Positions 1 to 8,666 of a stretch of DNA of 64,000 bases are shown in pieces. The notes under the pieces were generated by a model. It had not been told where the DNA came from. It saw only the letters and a list, made by a program, of their open reading frames with translations, and did no database searches. Source of the stretch: Vulcanimicrobiota bacterium (GTDB taxonomy: Bacteria > Vulcanimicrobiota > Xenobia > Xenobiales > JADMJV01); assembly GCA_050250895.1 (NCBI GenBank), contig JBFWNU010000003.1, positions 395,302-459,301 on the forward strand, written 5' to 3'. How positions within the stretch are numbered: position 1 is the stretch's first letter; every line of letters begins with the position of its first letter. A program made the translations under genes and the position numbers.

Positions 1-95
1 CGATAGACCTGAGCGGCCGTCTGCGGGTCCAGGTCTTTGGCCAGGCGCGTCTTGACCCGGCCGGGCTCGGGATATTTGCAGAAGACACAGATCAA
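1..95 (-). CDS. TIGR04282/DUF2064-family glycosyltransferase-like protein, N-terminus only (runs off the window)
   Basis: Reverse strand reads (M)ICVFCKYPEPGRVKTRLAKDLDPQTAAQVY, the K-x-P-x-PG-x-VKTRL signature. The TTG start overlaps the stop of the upstream gene. Confidence 0.75.
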   Translation of the reverse strand, partial: MICVFCKYPEPGRVKTRLAKDLDPQTAAQVY

Positions 96-871
96 AGAGT
101 GAACAACAGCCCGGTGTCGCAGGGCGGAGGGTCCAGGCGAGCCACCGTCTCGACCAACAGCGGCTCGAGGACCTGGCTCGACAGCTTCAGGTTGGCGCCT
201 AAATCCTCGGCGCTGGTGGGCGGGATGCTGATTCCGTTGGCGTAATCGACCGGGAAGCCCACCAGTGTATAAGGAATCTGCAGTTCGCCGGCCAGCACCG
301 CCTCGGGTCCGGCGGTTTGGCTGACAGCCGTGATACCGAGCCCGTAAAGGGCCGCGATCTCGATGCGAGTGTTGAGGCGGGGACCGTAGACGTGGCCGTA
401 GGTTCCACCGGTTTCGACCTCGAGGTCGAGTCGCTCGGCCGCCTGGGACAGGGCCGTACGCAGGGCAGGGCTGAAGATGTTGGTGGGAATGAAGTGGCCC
501 CTTCCCGGCTGACCCGGAGTAAAGACGCTGCACAGTTCGCCGTTGGGAAGGCGATTGTCAGGGAAGTAGAGTTCGTCGAACAGGATGGGTTGGGCCAGGG
601 GCAGATTGGGCGCCAGCAAGCCCACCACCGAGGTGGCCAGGATGGCTCGTACTCCGAGCTGGGCAAAGGCCGAGAAGGCAGCGCGATAGTTGATGTGGTT
701 GGGCAGGTCGGCGTGACCGGGGCCATGGCGAGCCCAACAAACCACCGGCTTGTCGGCCAGCTTTCCGGTCACCATTTCGGCCGTCCCAAAAGGCGTCTCG
801 AAGGATTTGGGCCCGGCCTCGCTCAGCCCCTCGAGGCGATAGAAACTCGACCCGGTGATGAGGGCGATCAT
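92..871 (-). CDS. MTAP/purine nucleoside phosphorylase family protein
   Basis: Motifs ETPFG, RHGPGH..LPNHINYRA, GPRLNTRIE, SQTAGPEAVLAGEL, VDYA. Confidence 0.85.
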   Translation of the reverse strand: MIALITGSSFYRLEGLSEAGPKSFETPFGTAEMVTGKLADKPVVCWARHGPGHADLPNHINYRAAFSAFAQLGVRAILATSVVGLLAPNLPLAQPILFDELYFPDNRLPNGELCSVFTPGQPGRGHFIPTNIFSPALRTALSQAAERLDLEVETGGTYGHVYGPRLNTRIEIAALYGLGITAVSQTAGPEAVLAGELQIPYTLVGFPVDYANGISIPPTSAEDLGANLKLSSQVLEPLLVETVARLDPPPCDTGLLFTL

Positions 872-940
872 TGCTCAACCTTTTTGCTCGGGCCGTGGCT
901 CCCTGCAGGAACCCCCTGCTCTGCCCGAAATTAGGGCGCT

Positions 941-1879
941 GTGACCGAGGAAATGGAACCGGTGGTGGCCGAGGTGCTCGAGCTAGAGGTCGAGCCCGAA
1001 TCGGCCGGCCTGCGCCTCGACGTGTATCTGGCCGGGCGTCTCGAATACTCGCGTTCGCTGCTCCAGGACTGGATCCGCGACGCCCGCGTGGTGCTGGGTG
1101 GCAAGCCCACTAAGGCGTCGACCAAGGTCAAGGCCGGCCAGCAGGTGCTGGTCGAAGTGCCGCCGCTCGAACCGGCCGATCCTGTGCCTGACCCCACCAT
1201 TCCCCTCGAGGTCATCTACGAGGACGAGTCGATCCTGGTCATCAACAAGCAACGTGGCCTGGTGGTCCACCCGGCTATCGGCAATCCCGACGGTACCCTG
1301 GTCAACGCCCTGCTCGCCCATGAGACGACCTGGTCGGGCATTCGCGGGGTCCAAAAGCCGGGCATCGTGCATCGCCTCGACAAGAATACCACCGGCTTGA
1401 TGGTTACGGCCAAGAACGACCGGGCCCACGTAGGACTGCAGAACCAGTTTCGCGATCGCATGGTGCTCAAGGTCTATCGAGCCCTGGTGCATGGTGTGCC
1501 CTCGCCGCGTGAAGGCCGCATTCACCAACCGATCGGTCGCCATGTGGTCGATCGCACGCGCATGGCCGTGCTACCCACCGGCAAGCCGGCCTTCTCGGAC
1601 TATAAAGTCCTGGAAGTGTTCGAAGAAGATTATGCCTACGTGGAGGTCCACATCCATACCGGTAGGACCCACCAGATTCGCGTGCACATGGCCTGGCTTG
1701 GCCACCAGATCGTGGGCGACCCGATGTATGGCCGCCGCAAGAATCCCTTCGGACTGGTGGGGCAGGCCCTGCACTGCTTTCGGCTGGGCTTTGTCCACCC
1801 CACCCGCGGCGACTCGCTCGAATTCACCTGCGACCTGCCCGAGGACTTCCAACGCATTCTCGACCGCCTGCGCCGCTAA
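941..1879 (+). CDS. rluD: RluA/RluD family 23S rRNA pseudouridine synthase
   Basis: S4 domain (RLDVYLA..SRS..Q), GIVHRLDKNTTGL catalytic motif, TGRTHQIRVH, GDPMYG, QALH. Confidence 0.93.
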   Translation: MTEEMEPVVAEVLELEVEPESAGLRLDVYLAGRLEYSRSLLQDWIRDARVVLGGKPTKASTKVKAGQQVLVEVPPLEPADPVPDPTIPLEVIYEDESILVINKQRGLVVHPAIGNPDGTLVNALLAHETTWSGIRGVQKPGIVHRLDKNTTGLMVTAKNDRAHVGLQNQFRDRMVLKVYRALVHGVPSPREGRIHQPIGRHVVDRTRMAVLPTGKPAFSDYKVLEVFEEDYAYVEVHIHTGRTHQIRVHMAWLGHQIVGDPMYGRRKNPFGLVGQALHCFRLGFVHPTRGDSLEFTCDLPEDFQRILDRLRR

Positions 1880-1884
1880 GGCCG

Positions 1885-1916
1885 TTCAAAAATCTTTCAG
1901 GCCGGCCGGCTAGAGT
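1885..1916 (+). promoter_or_regulatory. Direct-repeat + -10 promoter motif, copy 1
   Basis: TTCAAAAATC-TTTCAGG-ccggccggc-TAGAGT. Confidence 0.7.
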
Positions 1917-1948
1917 GGCGGTATAGCACCTGGAAGGACACATCGACC

Positions 1949-2320
1949 ATGATCAACGCCGGCATCCCCAATTTTCGGGTTCCCTCTCATACCGCCTGTG
2001 GCGGCCAATGCAAATGCGGTGGCAGCTGCTCTCGCAGCAAGAAAGCCGGCGACGGCGCCGACTCGGCCGCTCCCGTGAAGTTGTCCGGACCTTCGTCGGC
2101 CGGCAAAACGGCCACCATCCAAGCCCTGGCAGAACAGACCGGCCAGCCGGTGCGCAGAGTCAACTTGTCGAGTGATACCCCGATGGCCGAACTGACTGGC
2201 CAGCCTCCCGCCTCTTCGGCCTGCGGCGGCGACTGCTCGAGCTGCGCTATCAAACATCTTTTCAAACCCCCGGCCGGCATGGCCGAGATTCGCCCCCCCG
2301 TCAAGTGGGCTCAGGACTAG
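1949..2320 (+). CDS. Small Cys-rich protein with a midasin/MoxR-like Walker A fragment
   Basis: RBS GGAAGGA. CGGQCKCGGSC ... PVKLSGPSSAGKTATIQALAEQTGQPVRRVNLSSDTPMAELTG ... CGGDCSSC. Confidence 0.65.
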   Translation: MINAGIPNFRVPSHTACGGQCKCGGSCSRSKKAGDGADSAAPVKLSGPSSAGKTATIQALAEQTGQPVRRVNLSSDTPMAELTGQPPASSACGGDCSSCAIKHLFKPPAGMAEIRPPVKWAQD

Positions 2321-2500
2321 CCGACCCAGCGGCGCGCCGCGAAGCGCCGTAGGGAACGACGAGAACGCCGCCCCCGCTGTAGTCTAGCAGCCTGACCATA
2401 CGTTCTCGTCGTGACCGTCAAGCCGCGGCCGGGCCGGCGTTCCTACGGAGCCGGCCCACCGGCGCGGAACTCGATTTGTCCCTGGCTGGTTGGCATGGGC

Positions 2501-3172
2501 ATGAAGAAGTTCCTGGTTTTGTTGTGTCTGTTCTCGACCCCTGCTCTGGCCGACGGAGTGGCCGTCATCGAGCTGTTCACCTCGCAAGGTTGCAGCAGTT
2601 GCCCGTCGGCTGACCGGCTGGTCAGCGAACTGGGCCAGGACCCTCGGGTCTTCACCCTGTCTTTTCATGTCGATTATTGGAACCGCCTGGGCTGGGTCGA
2701 CCCTTTCAGCCGGCCCGAATACACCGAGCGTCAGAAGGCCTATTCGCGGCACTTCAAGCAGCGCAACATCTATACTCCCCAGGCCGTAGTCAACGGGCGC
2801 TGGGAGTTGGTGGGCAGCAATCGGGCCGGTCTCGAGAGCTATCTCAAACAGGCCTTCCAAAGCCCGGCCACCGCCCTCAAGTTGGGCTCGCGGGTCGAGA
2901 AGGGCAAACTGTTCGTCACCGTTGAGGCGCCCACCCTCAAGAAGGCTAAGCAGCTCAACCTGGCCCTGGTGACCCCTCACGCTCAGACGGCCGTCGAGCG
3001 CGGCGAGAATAGCGGGAGACGGCTCGAGCACACTAACGTAGTGCGAGCGTTCAAGCAGGTCACCCTCGCCAAACCGGCTCAGCAGTTCTCGCTCGAGTTG
3101 CCGAATTTGAAAGGGCTGCAACTGGTGGCCTATTTCCAGGACGGGTCAGGAGCGGCCAGCCTGGATATCTGA
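2501..3172 (+). CDS. DUF1223 thioredoxin-like secreted protein
   Basis: Signal peptide MKKFLVLLCL..ALA; IELFTSQGCSSCPSAD, FHVDYWN.LGW.DPFS, YTPQAVVNG. Confidence 0.9.
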   Translation: MKKFLVLLCLFSTPALADGVAVIELFTSQGCSSCPSADRLVSELGQDPRVFTLSFHVDYWNRLGWVDPFSRPEYTERQKAYSRHFKQRNIYTPQAVVNGRWELVGSNRAGLESYLKQAFQSPATALKLGSRVEKGKLFVTVEAPTLKKAKQLNLALVTPHAQTAVERGENSGRRLEHTNVVRAFKQVTLAKPAQQFSLELPNLKGLQLVAYFQDGSGAASLDI

Positions 3173-3396
3173 CCTGGCCCGCTCTTGCGCACGGAAGTCG
3201 CCCGGCCCAGCGAGCCCAGGCCGGCGGGTCACCCCCCGCCCAGCCAGCCGAACAACGGCCCGGAGTGGTTGTCTTTCCCCGCCGCCCAGGCCAGCCCCGC
3301 CAAGCAGGGATACCACCCCGGCAGCCAGCCCAAGCCTGGCCAAGCCGGGATGCCACCCCGGCAGGAACCTCAAACTTTGGGCCTAACAGGGCGGCC

Positions 3397-4998
3397 ATGC
3401 AAGCGTGGTTGCTGGCCGCCCTGGCGGGACTGCTGGGCTTCTTGGCGACTCCACCCTACGACCAGTTTTATCTGGGTTGGGTAGAGTTCGTGCCTTTGCT
3501 GTGGGCCTGCCGAGAGGCCAGCCCCCGGCTGGCCTTCTTACTGGGCTGGCTGAGCGGCACTTTGATCAACCTGGGCGCTTTCTACTGGGTCTATGAGCTG
3601 ATGGTGACCCACTCGGGCATCCCGCCCCTGGGGGCGGTGGGATTGACCCTCTTCCTATCCGCCCAGCAAGGCCTGCGACTGGCTATCTGGATGGGCCTGG
3701 CGCGCGCCCTCGAAGAGCGGGCTCCGCGCTGGCTCCTTTATGCGGTGGTCTACACCGCCTGCGAGTTTCTCTATCCGACCATCTTCCCGTTGCACCTGTC
3801 CAACTCCCAACACAACTGCCTGTGGACCAGTCAGGCCATGGACCTGGCCGGACCGGCCGGCCTGAGCTTTCTGATGATCGTCTTTCAAGCGGGACTATGG
3901 AGCCTGCTCGAAAAGCGCAAGGCCAATCTCGACACTGCGGTGGGCCTGGGAGTGCTGGTGGCCACCCTGGTCTACGGTGGGGTGCGGGTGCATCAGGTCG
4001 AGGCGGTGATGAACGCAGCTCCCGTCCTGAGGATGGCCATGGTCGAGAACAATGTGGGGCTGGTCGAGACCAGCCAGGACGTGATGGGCGGCATGCAACT
4101 CCTGCAGACCCTGGCCGGTCGCGCCACCGCCGACCTGATCGTCTTTCCCGAGACCTCGGTCAAGACGCCACCCCCGCTGCATTGGGTGCGGGGCCGTAAC
4201 GACCCGGTCCTCGAACCGGTGTTGCACTATCCCCTGGGCCTGGCCGCCCTGGCCCAGAGCGGTCCCTACGCCCCTCAGCTGGGTTATCAAACGCCACTTC
4301 TTTTTGGCACGGTGGCCATCGACGAAGAGCATGAGGGGCCCATCCCGGGTCGACCCGCCCTCTACAACGCGGCCTTTTTGGTGGATGCCCAGGGTCAGGT
4401 GCTGGGCACGGCTCTCAAGAACAAGCTGCTGTTGTTTGGCGAGTTCATCCCCGCCGCCCGCTACTTTCCCTGGATCTACACCTCTATCCTCGACCGGGCC
4501 TCATGCCTGGTGCCCGGCACCGAGCCGGGAGTGCTGCCGTTTGACGGCCACCGCATCGGCGTCTCGATCTGCTACGAGGACATCCTGCCCAATTTCAACT
4601 ACCGCCTCGGGCGGGGGCAGCCTGAGTTGCTGGTCAATCTGACCAACGATGCCTGGTTTGGGAAGACGGCCGAGCCGGCCGCCCATCTGGCCCTGGCCAA
4701 GGCCCGCGCCATTGAGCTGCGCCTCTATATGGCACGCTCTACCACCACCGGAATCTCGGCCTTTATTGACCCGCTCGGTCGCGTGATGGCGCAAACCACC
4801 ACCGACGAGCCCGAATCGCTCGAACAGGACCTGGCCTGGATGCCGGGTGGCACTCTGTTCTCGGTCATCGGGCCTGGCTTTGCCTGGCTGTGCGTGGTGG
4901 TCTGCCTGGTCTGGATGGTTCAGGCCCGGCGGGCTAGGTCCCTAAACCCGACGGATACTCGATCTTCTCGATCGGACCGCCGGGCTGCCGCTGAATAA
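3397..4998 (+). CDS. lnt: Apolipoprotein N-acyltransferase
   Basis: N-terminal TM helices; nitrilase-fold motifs VFPET, KNKLLLFGEFIP, ICYED, NLTNDAWFG, RAIE, GISAFID. Confidence 0.92.
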   Translation: MQAWLLAALAGLLGFLATPPYDQFYLGWVEFVPLLWACREASPRLAFLLGWLSGTLINLGAFYWVYELMVTHSGIPPLGAVGLTLFLSAQQGLRLAIWMGLARALEERAPRWLLYAVVYTACEFLYPTIFPLHLSNSQHNCLWTSQAMDLAGPAGLSFLMIVFQAGLWSLLEKRKANLDTAVGLGVLVATLVYGGVRVHQVEAVMNAAPVLRMAMVENNVGLVETSQDVMGGMQLLQTLAGRATADLIVFPETSVKTPPPLHWVRGRNDPVLEPVLHYPLGLAALAQSGPYAPQLGYQTPLLFGTVAIDEEHEGPIPGRPALYNAAFLVDAQGQVLGTALKNKLLLFGEFIPAARYFPWIYTSILDRASCLVPGTEPGVLPFDGHRIGVSICYEDILPNFNYRLGRGQPELLVNLTNDAWFGKTAEPAAHLALAKARAIELRLYMARSTTTGISAFIDPLGRVMAQTTTDEPESLEQDLAWMPGGTLFSVIGPGFAWLCVVVCLVWMVQARRARSLNPTDTRSSRSDRRAAAE

Positions 4999-5911
4999 TC
5001 GACTTGCCGGCCGGGAAGGTCTCGACCGGATCGGGTCCATTGCCCGGCGTCTTGAGCTTAGGCTCGACGATCTTTCCGGTATCGGCCTCTCGATAGGCGT
5101 GGGTGCGGGTGCCTCGATGCGAGAACTCCTCGGGGGTGTTGACCTTCTGCCACTTTTCGCCACCGTGTTGGGCTTTTAGTCGAGGTGTGTCGCGCAGTTC
5201 GGACTTGGTGCCGTGGCCCGACTGGACCTCGACCTTGCCGTCTTTGAGAGCGCCGCGCTGCTGTTGGTCGCGCAGGTCCTGGGCCAGGCGGCGTCCGTTG
5301 GCGGCGTTCTGGGGGTTTTCGCCGGGGCTGGGTTGACGAGGGCCTTGCGGTCCCCCAGGACCTTGGGGCCCCTGCGGCCCGCCCGGACCCTTGGGCCCGT
5401 GAGCCCCTGGGCCGCCGGGCACTTTCTTGGGCCCACCGGCGAAATCTTGCAACCCTTTGCCCAGCCGGCGCGACAGGTTGCCCACCAGCTTGTCGCCACC
5501 GAGCCGGTTGAAAAGTTTGGCACCGAGCTTGGCCCCTTTAGCCTGGGGAAGCACGTTGAGCAGGCCCATGCCGGCGTGCAGGGCGGCTGAACCGTAGTTG
5601 CCCTTCTTGAAGTCTCCCACTGCATCTTTGACGTTGCGGATCGAGTCGCCGATCACGAAGTCATAGACTCCTTTGCCGAAACTTTGAGCCATGGCCGCCG
5701 CCTGGCTCTGGGCTCCCGGGCTAGGCTTTTCGTTGCGACTCTTGTCGGTGGTGACGCGATCTCTCGGCTGGGCCTGAGAAGGCCTGGCCGTGCTGCTGCG
5801 CGGCGAGGGGTTGGCCCGGCTGGTGCGGGCGGGTGAACTGCGGGCCGGAGCGCTGCTTCGGCTGGGCGGGGCCTTCGGTCTGGTGCCCGAGGCTCGAGGT
5901 GCTTGAGGCAT
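4934..5911 (-). CDS. Putative polymorphic-toxin-like protein (low-complexity N-terminus, pre-toxin-like segment, GPx linker, toxin-tip-like C-terminus)
   Basis: YDFVIGDSI..VGDFKKGNYGSAALHAGMGLLNVLP.AKGAK; GPKGPGGPQGPQGPGGPQGP; GHGTKSELRDTPRLKAQHGGEKWQKV..THAYREADTGKIVEPK. Confidence 0.6.
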   Translation of the reverse strand: MPQAPRASGTRPKAPPSRSSAPARSSPARTSRANPSPRSSTARPSQAQPRDRVTTDKSRNEKPSPGAQSQAAAMAQSFGKGVYDFVIGDSIRNVKDAVGDFKKGNYGSAALHAGMGLLNVLPQAKGAKLGAKLFNRLGGDKLVGNLSRRLGKGLQDFAGGPKKVPGGPGAHGPKGPGGPQGPQGPGGPQGPRQPSPGENPQNAANGRRLAQDLRDQQQRGALKDGKVEVQSGHGTKSELRDTPRLKAQHGGEKWQKVNTPEEFSHRGTRTHAYREADTGKIVEPKLKTPGNGPDPVETFPAGKSIIQRQPGGPIEKIEYPSGLGT

Positions 5912-6035
5912 TGGTTTCTCTCTCTTTGGAAGTGCTGACCTACTTTCGAGTGTGCCGTCTTTGGGGCGCCAAGATCGTTACCGTCAGGTTGCCGATGTTA
6001 ACGACATGTTTCCGCGTTTCGGCGGCGGTGTTAAT

Positions 6036-6067
6036 TTCAAGCATGTTTGAGGCCAGTCGGCTAGGCT
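6036..6067 (+). promoter_or_regulatory. Direct-repeat + -10 promoter motif, copy 2
   Basis: TTCAAGCATG-TTTGAGG-ccagtcggc-TAGGCT, 8 nt before ATG 6076. Confidence 0.72.
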
Positions 6068-6075
6068 GAGAGTGT

Positions 6076-7182
6076 ATGGTCATTCGTCCTCTGCAAAGGG
6101 CATTGCTTTGGGCTCGGCGCGAGCCGGCGCCGAGGCATGACGAGCGCGACCTGATCGAGCGCTCGCCCAGCGGTCTGGTCCAGGCCGGGCGCACGGCCGC
6201 GGCGTTCGTATTACAGAAGGGTCTACCTCTGGCGGGCGTGGCGGTCGGTGGGGGCGCCGGATTGGCCGCGGGCACCGTCGCCACCGGCCTGTTGAGTTAT
6301 CTGGACGCACCCGAGCAGACCCCTCGACAGCGACTGACCGGGGCCCTGATCACGGCTGCCGGGGCCGGGCTGGTGGCGGGTGCGGCCGGGCTGGTTCACC
6401 CCGCGCTTGCCCTTGGCCTTTTGGGGGTCGGGACGGCCCTGGCGGCTGTGCTCGAGCTTGACTCGCGGCCTCACCAGAATTGGCGGGTCGACCTGGGCGG
6501 GTTCGCCGAGGCTTACGCCCAGCGGGCCGGCCAATTGCTGGCCGAGCGCGGTCTGGAGTTGCCGGGCTCGGGCCCAGGGTTTTCGCTTTCCGAGACGGGG
6601 GCCAACTTCCGGGCCCAGCGACGGATCGCCGAGATCACCGCTTTCAGCTGCCAGCATCTAGGGCCGGCGGCGGTGGTGGGACTGGTCGAGCAGTTGGGAC
6701 GGGAGCGGTTCGACTCGCAATTTGTCGACTGTCCTGAGCCGGTTCGCGTCACTTCGCGCCAGCAGCGCGATGGGGTCGAGATCGTGCGGGTCGAGGATTT
6801 GGCCGGCACCACCGCCCTGGCCGAGACCACCCGGGTGCTGGTGGACAGTTCGCTTGCGCCGGGCACGCCGCTTCACGATTTCGTGCTGGGTCACGAACTG
6901 AGCCACGTGCATCATCAGGACTGGGCGGCTCGACTGGCGGTGCTGACAGTAGGGGATAGCCTGTCGGGTGCGCTCGCTCGGCAATGGAAAGAGGCCGTTA
7001 AAGCAGCGACTCATCAGACCGAGCTACGCAGTGATGCCGAGGGAATGGGCTATGCGCTCAGGCAGGGTCACTCCCGGTCGGCCGTGCTGGAGGCGGCTCG
7101 GGGTCTCTTGGGTGAGGATCAGGCCTCGGCCCAGCACCCTGCCGGGCCGGAGCGTCTAAAGGCCCTGACTTTGGTTCTCTAG
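6076..7182 (+). CDS. Membrane-associated M48-like zinc metallopeptidase
   Basis: Hydrophobic Gly/Ala-rich helices; FVLGHELSHV, HQTELRSDAEG, HPAGPER. Confidence 0.75.
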   Translation: MVIRPLQRALLWARREPAPRHDERDLIERSPSGLVQAGRTAAAFVLQKGLPLAGVAVGGGAGLAAGTVATGLLSYLDAPEQTPRQRLTGALITAAGAGLVAGAAGLVHPALALGLLGVGTALAAVLELDSRPHQNWRVDLGGFAEAYAQRAGQLLAERGLELPGSGPGFSLSETGANFRAQRRIAEITAFSCQHLGPAAVVGLVEQLGRERFDSQFVDCPEPVRVTSRQQRDGVEIVRVEDLAGTTALAETTRVLVDSSLAPGTPLHDFVLGHELSHVHHQDWAARLAVLTVGDSLSGALARQWKEAVKAATHQTELRSDAEGMGYALRQGHSRSAVLEAARGLLGEDQASAQHPAGPERLKALTLVL

Positions 7183-7676
7183 AGGACCGCGGCCACGTAG
7201 GCTACGGCCGCGGCCCCGCCGAGGCCCGCGCTGGTGGCCACATCCAGGCCCAGCATGTGGGCGGCCACCGTGGTTCCAACTCCCACCGGTACGCTGAGCG
7301 ACGAGAGGAGGGGGGAGAATTGGCTTTTCGAGGTGGCCACCCTGGTGGCCACCACCGCCCCTGCCGTCAGGCCTACCGCCAGCGACACGGGACCAGCCAG
7401 TTCGCCCGCCAGGTGGCCCAGGGTTTTCGATTGATCGAGCAGGGTCATGGCTACCGGAAAGGTGTCGATCGCTCCGCGCAAGAGCAAGCCCGTCCCGACG
7501 GTGGCTGCCCCGGCTGTTACCGACCCTAAAGAAAACGCCGCCAGCGAGCGACCTGCCGAAAGCGCTACCGTATCCTGCGGCTCCGCCGAAGAGCTCTCGG
7601 GCTTGGCACCGCCGGGGTTATGACTGACGGCCGCTCGGGTGGCGGCGGTATTGGGGTTCTGGGCAAAAATCTTCAT
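7179..7676 (-). CDS. Hypothetical hydrophobic Gly/Ala-rich protein
   Basis: MKIFAQNP..EPQDTVALS leader followed by hydrophobic helices; conserved promoter upstream. Confidence 0.7.
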   Translation of the reverse strand: MKIFAQNPNTAATRAAVSHNPGGAKPESSSAEPQDTVALSAGRSLAAFSLGSVTAGAATVGTGLLLRGAIDTFPVAMTLLDQSKTLGHLAGELAGPVSLAVGLTAGAVVATRVATSKSQFSPLLSSLSVPVGVGTTVAAHMLGLDVATSAGLGGAAAVAYVAAVL

Positions 7677-7682
7677 GCCCAG

Positions 7683-7714
7683 AGCCTATTGGAGAACTCT
7701 TAAAAATCTTGAAA
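7683..7714 (-). promoter_or_regulatory. Direct-repeat + -10 promoter motif, copy 3 (leaderless)
   Basis: Minus strand TTTCAAGATT-TTTAAGA-gttctccaa-TAGGCT-ctgggc-ATG. Confidence 0.7.
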
Positions 7715-7756
7715 TAACTGGCGCCAAACGTTAATAAAGCGTTAAACGCCTTGGCG

Positions 7757-8578
7757 TCAGGTAGCCACCTTTTCGCAGTTGGGGTAATCGGGCCGGCTGA
7801 CCTGCTCGGGGTCGGTGATCTTCCAGACTTCGTTAGTCATCGGATTGTAGGGCAACGAGATGTGTTCGTGGGCGATCATCCACTGGCCGTTCACCCGGCG
7901 AAAGCCCACCGTGACTCGAAACCAGCTTTGGCCGCAGGGGTGACCTTCGGCCACGAAGTGGTGCAGGCAGAAGACATAGGCCAGGTTGCCCTCGACTTCG
8001 ATGGTGAGGTCGCGATGCTCCGAGCCGAAGCCTTCGGGGAAGAAGGGCAGACAGTGTTCCCAGGCCGCCCGAATGGCCTCGCGACCCACTGTCTTGTACG
8101 GCGGAATCAGGTCGTATTGGACGGCCTCGGGCAGGTAGAAATCCATCAGGGCGCCGACATCTCTGGTTTCGAGGGCCCGGGACCAGGCGGCGATGCGCTC
8201 GCGCAGGACACCCTTCTCGTCGACCACCGCTGGCAGTTTGATGGTGGCTCGGATTTCGAACGGACCCATGCGTACGCCGGGGTGCTTCTTCATCAGCTCG
8301 ACAGCCTGGTCCAAGCTGTCGGCTTCCAGTTCGAGAATACCGCCGAGGGTCTCCTTGGTCTCGGCGAAGGGGCCGTCGGTGACCATGATCTTGCCGTTCT
8401 TCCACTGCAACGTCCGGGCCACCCTGGCCGAGTCGAGACAGGCGCCTCCGGCCACATGGTTGCCAGCCTTGAGCACCTCATCATACTCCAGGCACTGGGT
8501 CATCCGCTCGGAACGCTCCTCCTCAGATAGGGCATTCCACTGGTCTTCATCGATAAAGCCTAAACAAACGAACTTCAT
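7757..8578 (-). CDS. YciI (DGPF) domain fused to a SnoaL/NTF2-like domain
   Basis: TDGPFAETKETLGG signature; C-terminal RVTVGFRRVNGQWMIAHEHISLP; RBS AGGAG. Confidence 0.88.
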   Translation of the reverse strand: MKFVCLGFIDEDQWNALSEEERSERMTQCLEYDEVLKAGNHVAGGACLDSARVARTLQWKNGKIMVTDGPFAETKETLGGILELEADSLDQAVELMKKHPGVRMGPFEIRATIKLPAVVDEKGVLRERIAAWSRALETRDVGALMDFYLPEAVQYDLIPPYKTVGREAIRAAWEHCLPFFPEGFGSEHRDLTIEVEGNLAYVFCLHHFVAEGHPCGQSWFRVTVGFRRVNGQWMIAHEHISLPYNPMTNEVWKITDPEQVSRPDYPNCEKVAT

Positions 8579-8666
8579 AACAAACTCCTTCTCGTTGGCT
8601 TGAGGGGTGACCCTCTTTCATGAGTTGGCCGAACGAGAACTGGCTGGATCGACAGGGCCAGCGAAA

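Noticed and set aside
3173-3396. Intergenic GGGAT(A/G)CCACCCCGGCAG duplication and a TTTGAGG box on the minus strand
   Set aside because: Only two copies, no spacer array, no -10 box at the 9-nt spacing, and no convincing ORF.
7730-7746. TTAA-N7-TTAA (CtrA-like box)
   Set aside because: It is a single instance in a genome with no sign of alphaproteobacterial origin, so it cannot be assigned.
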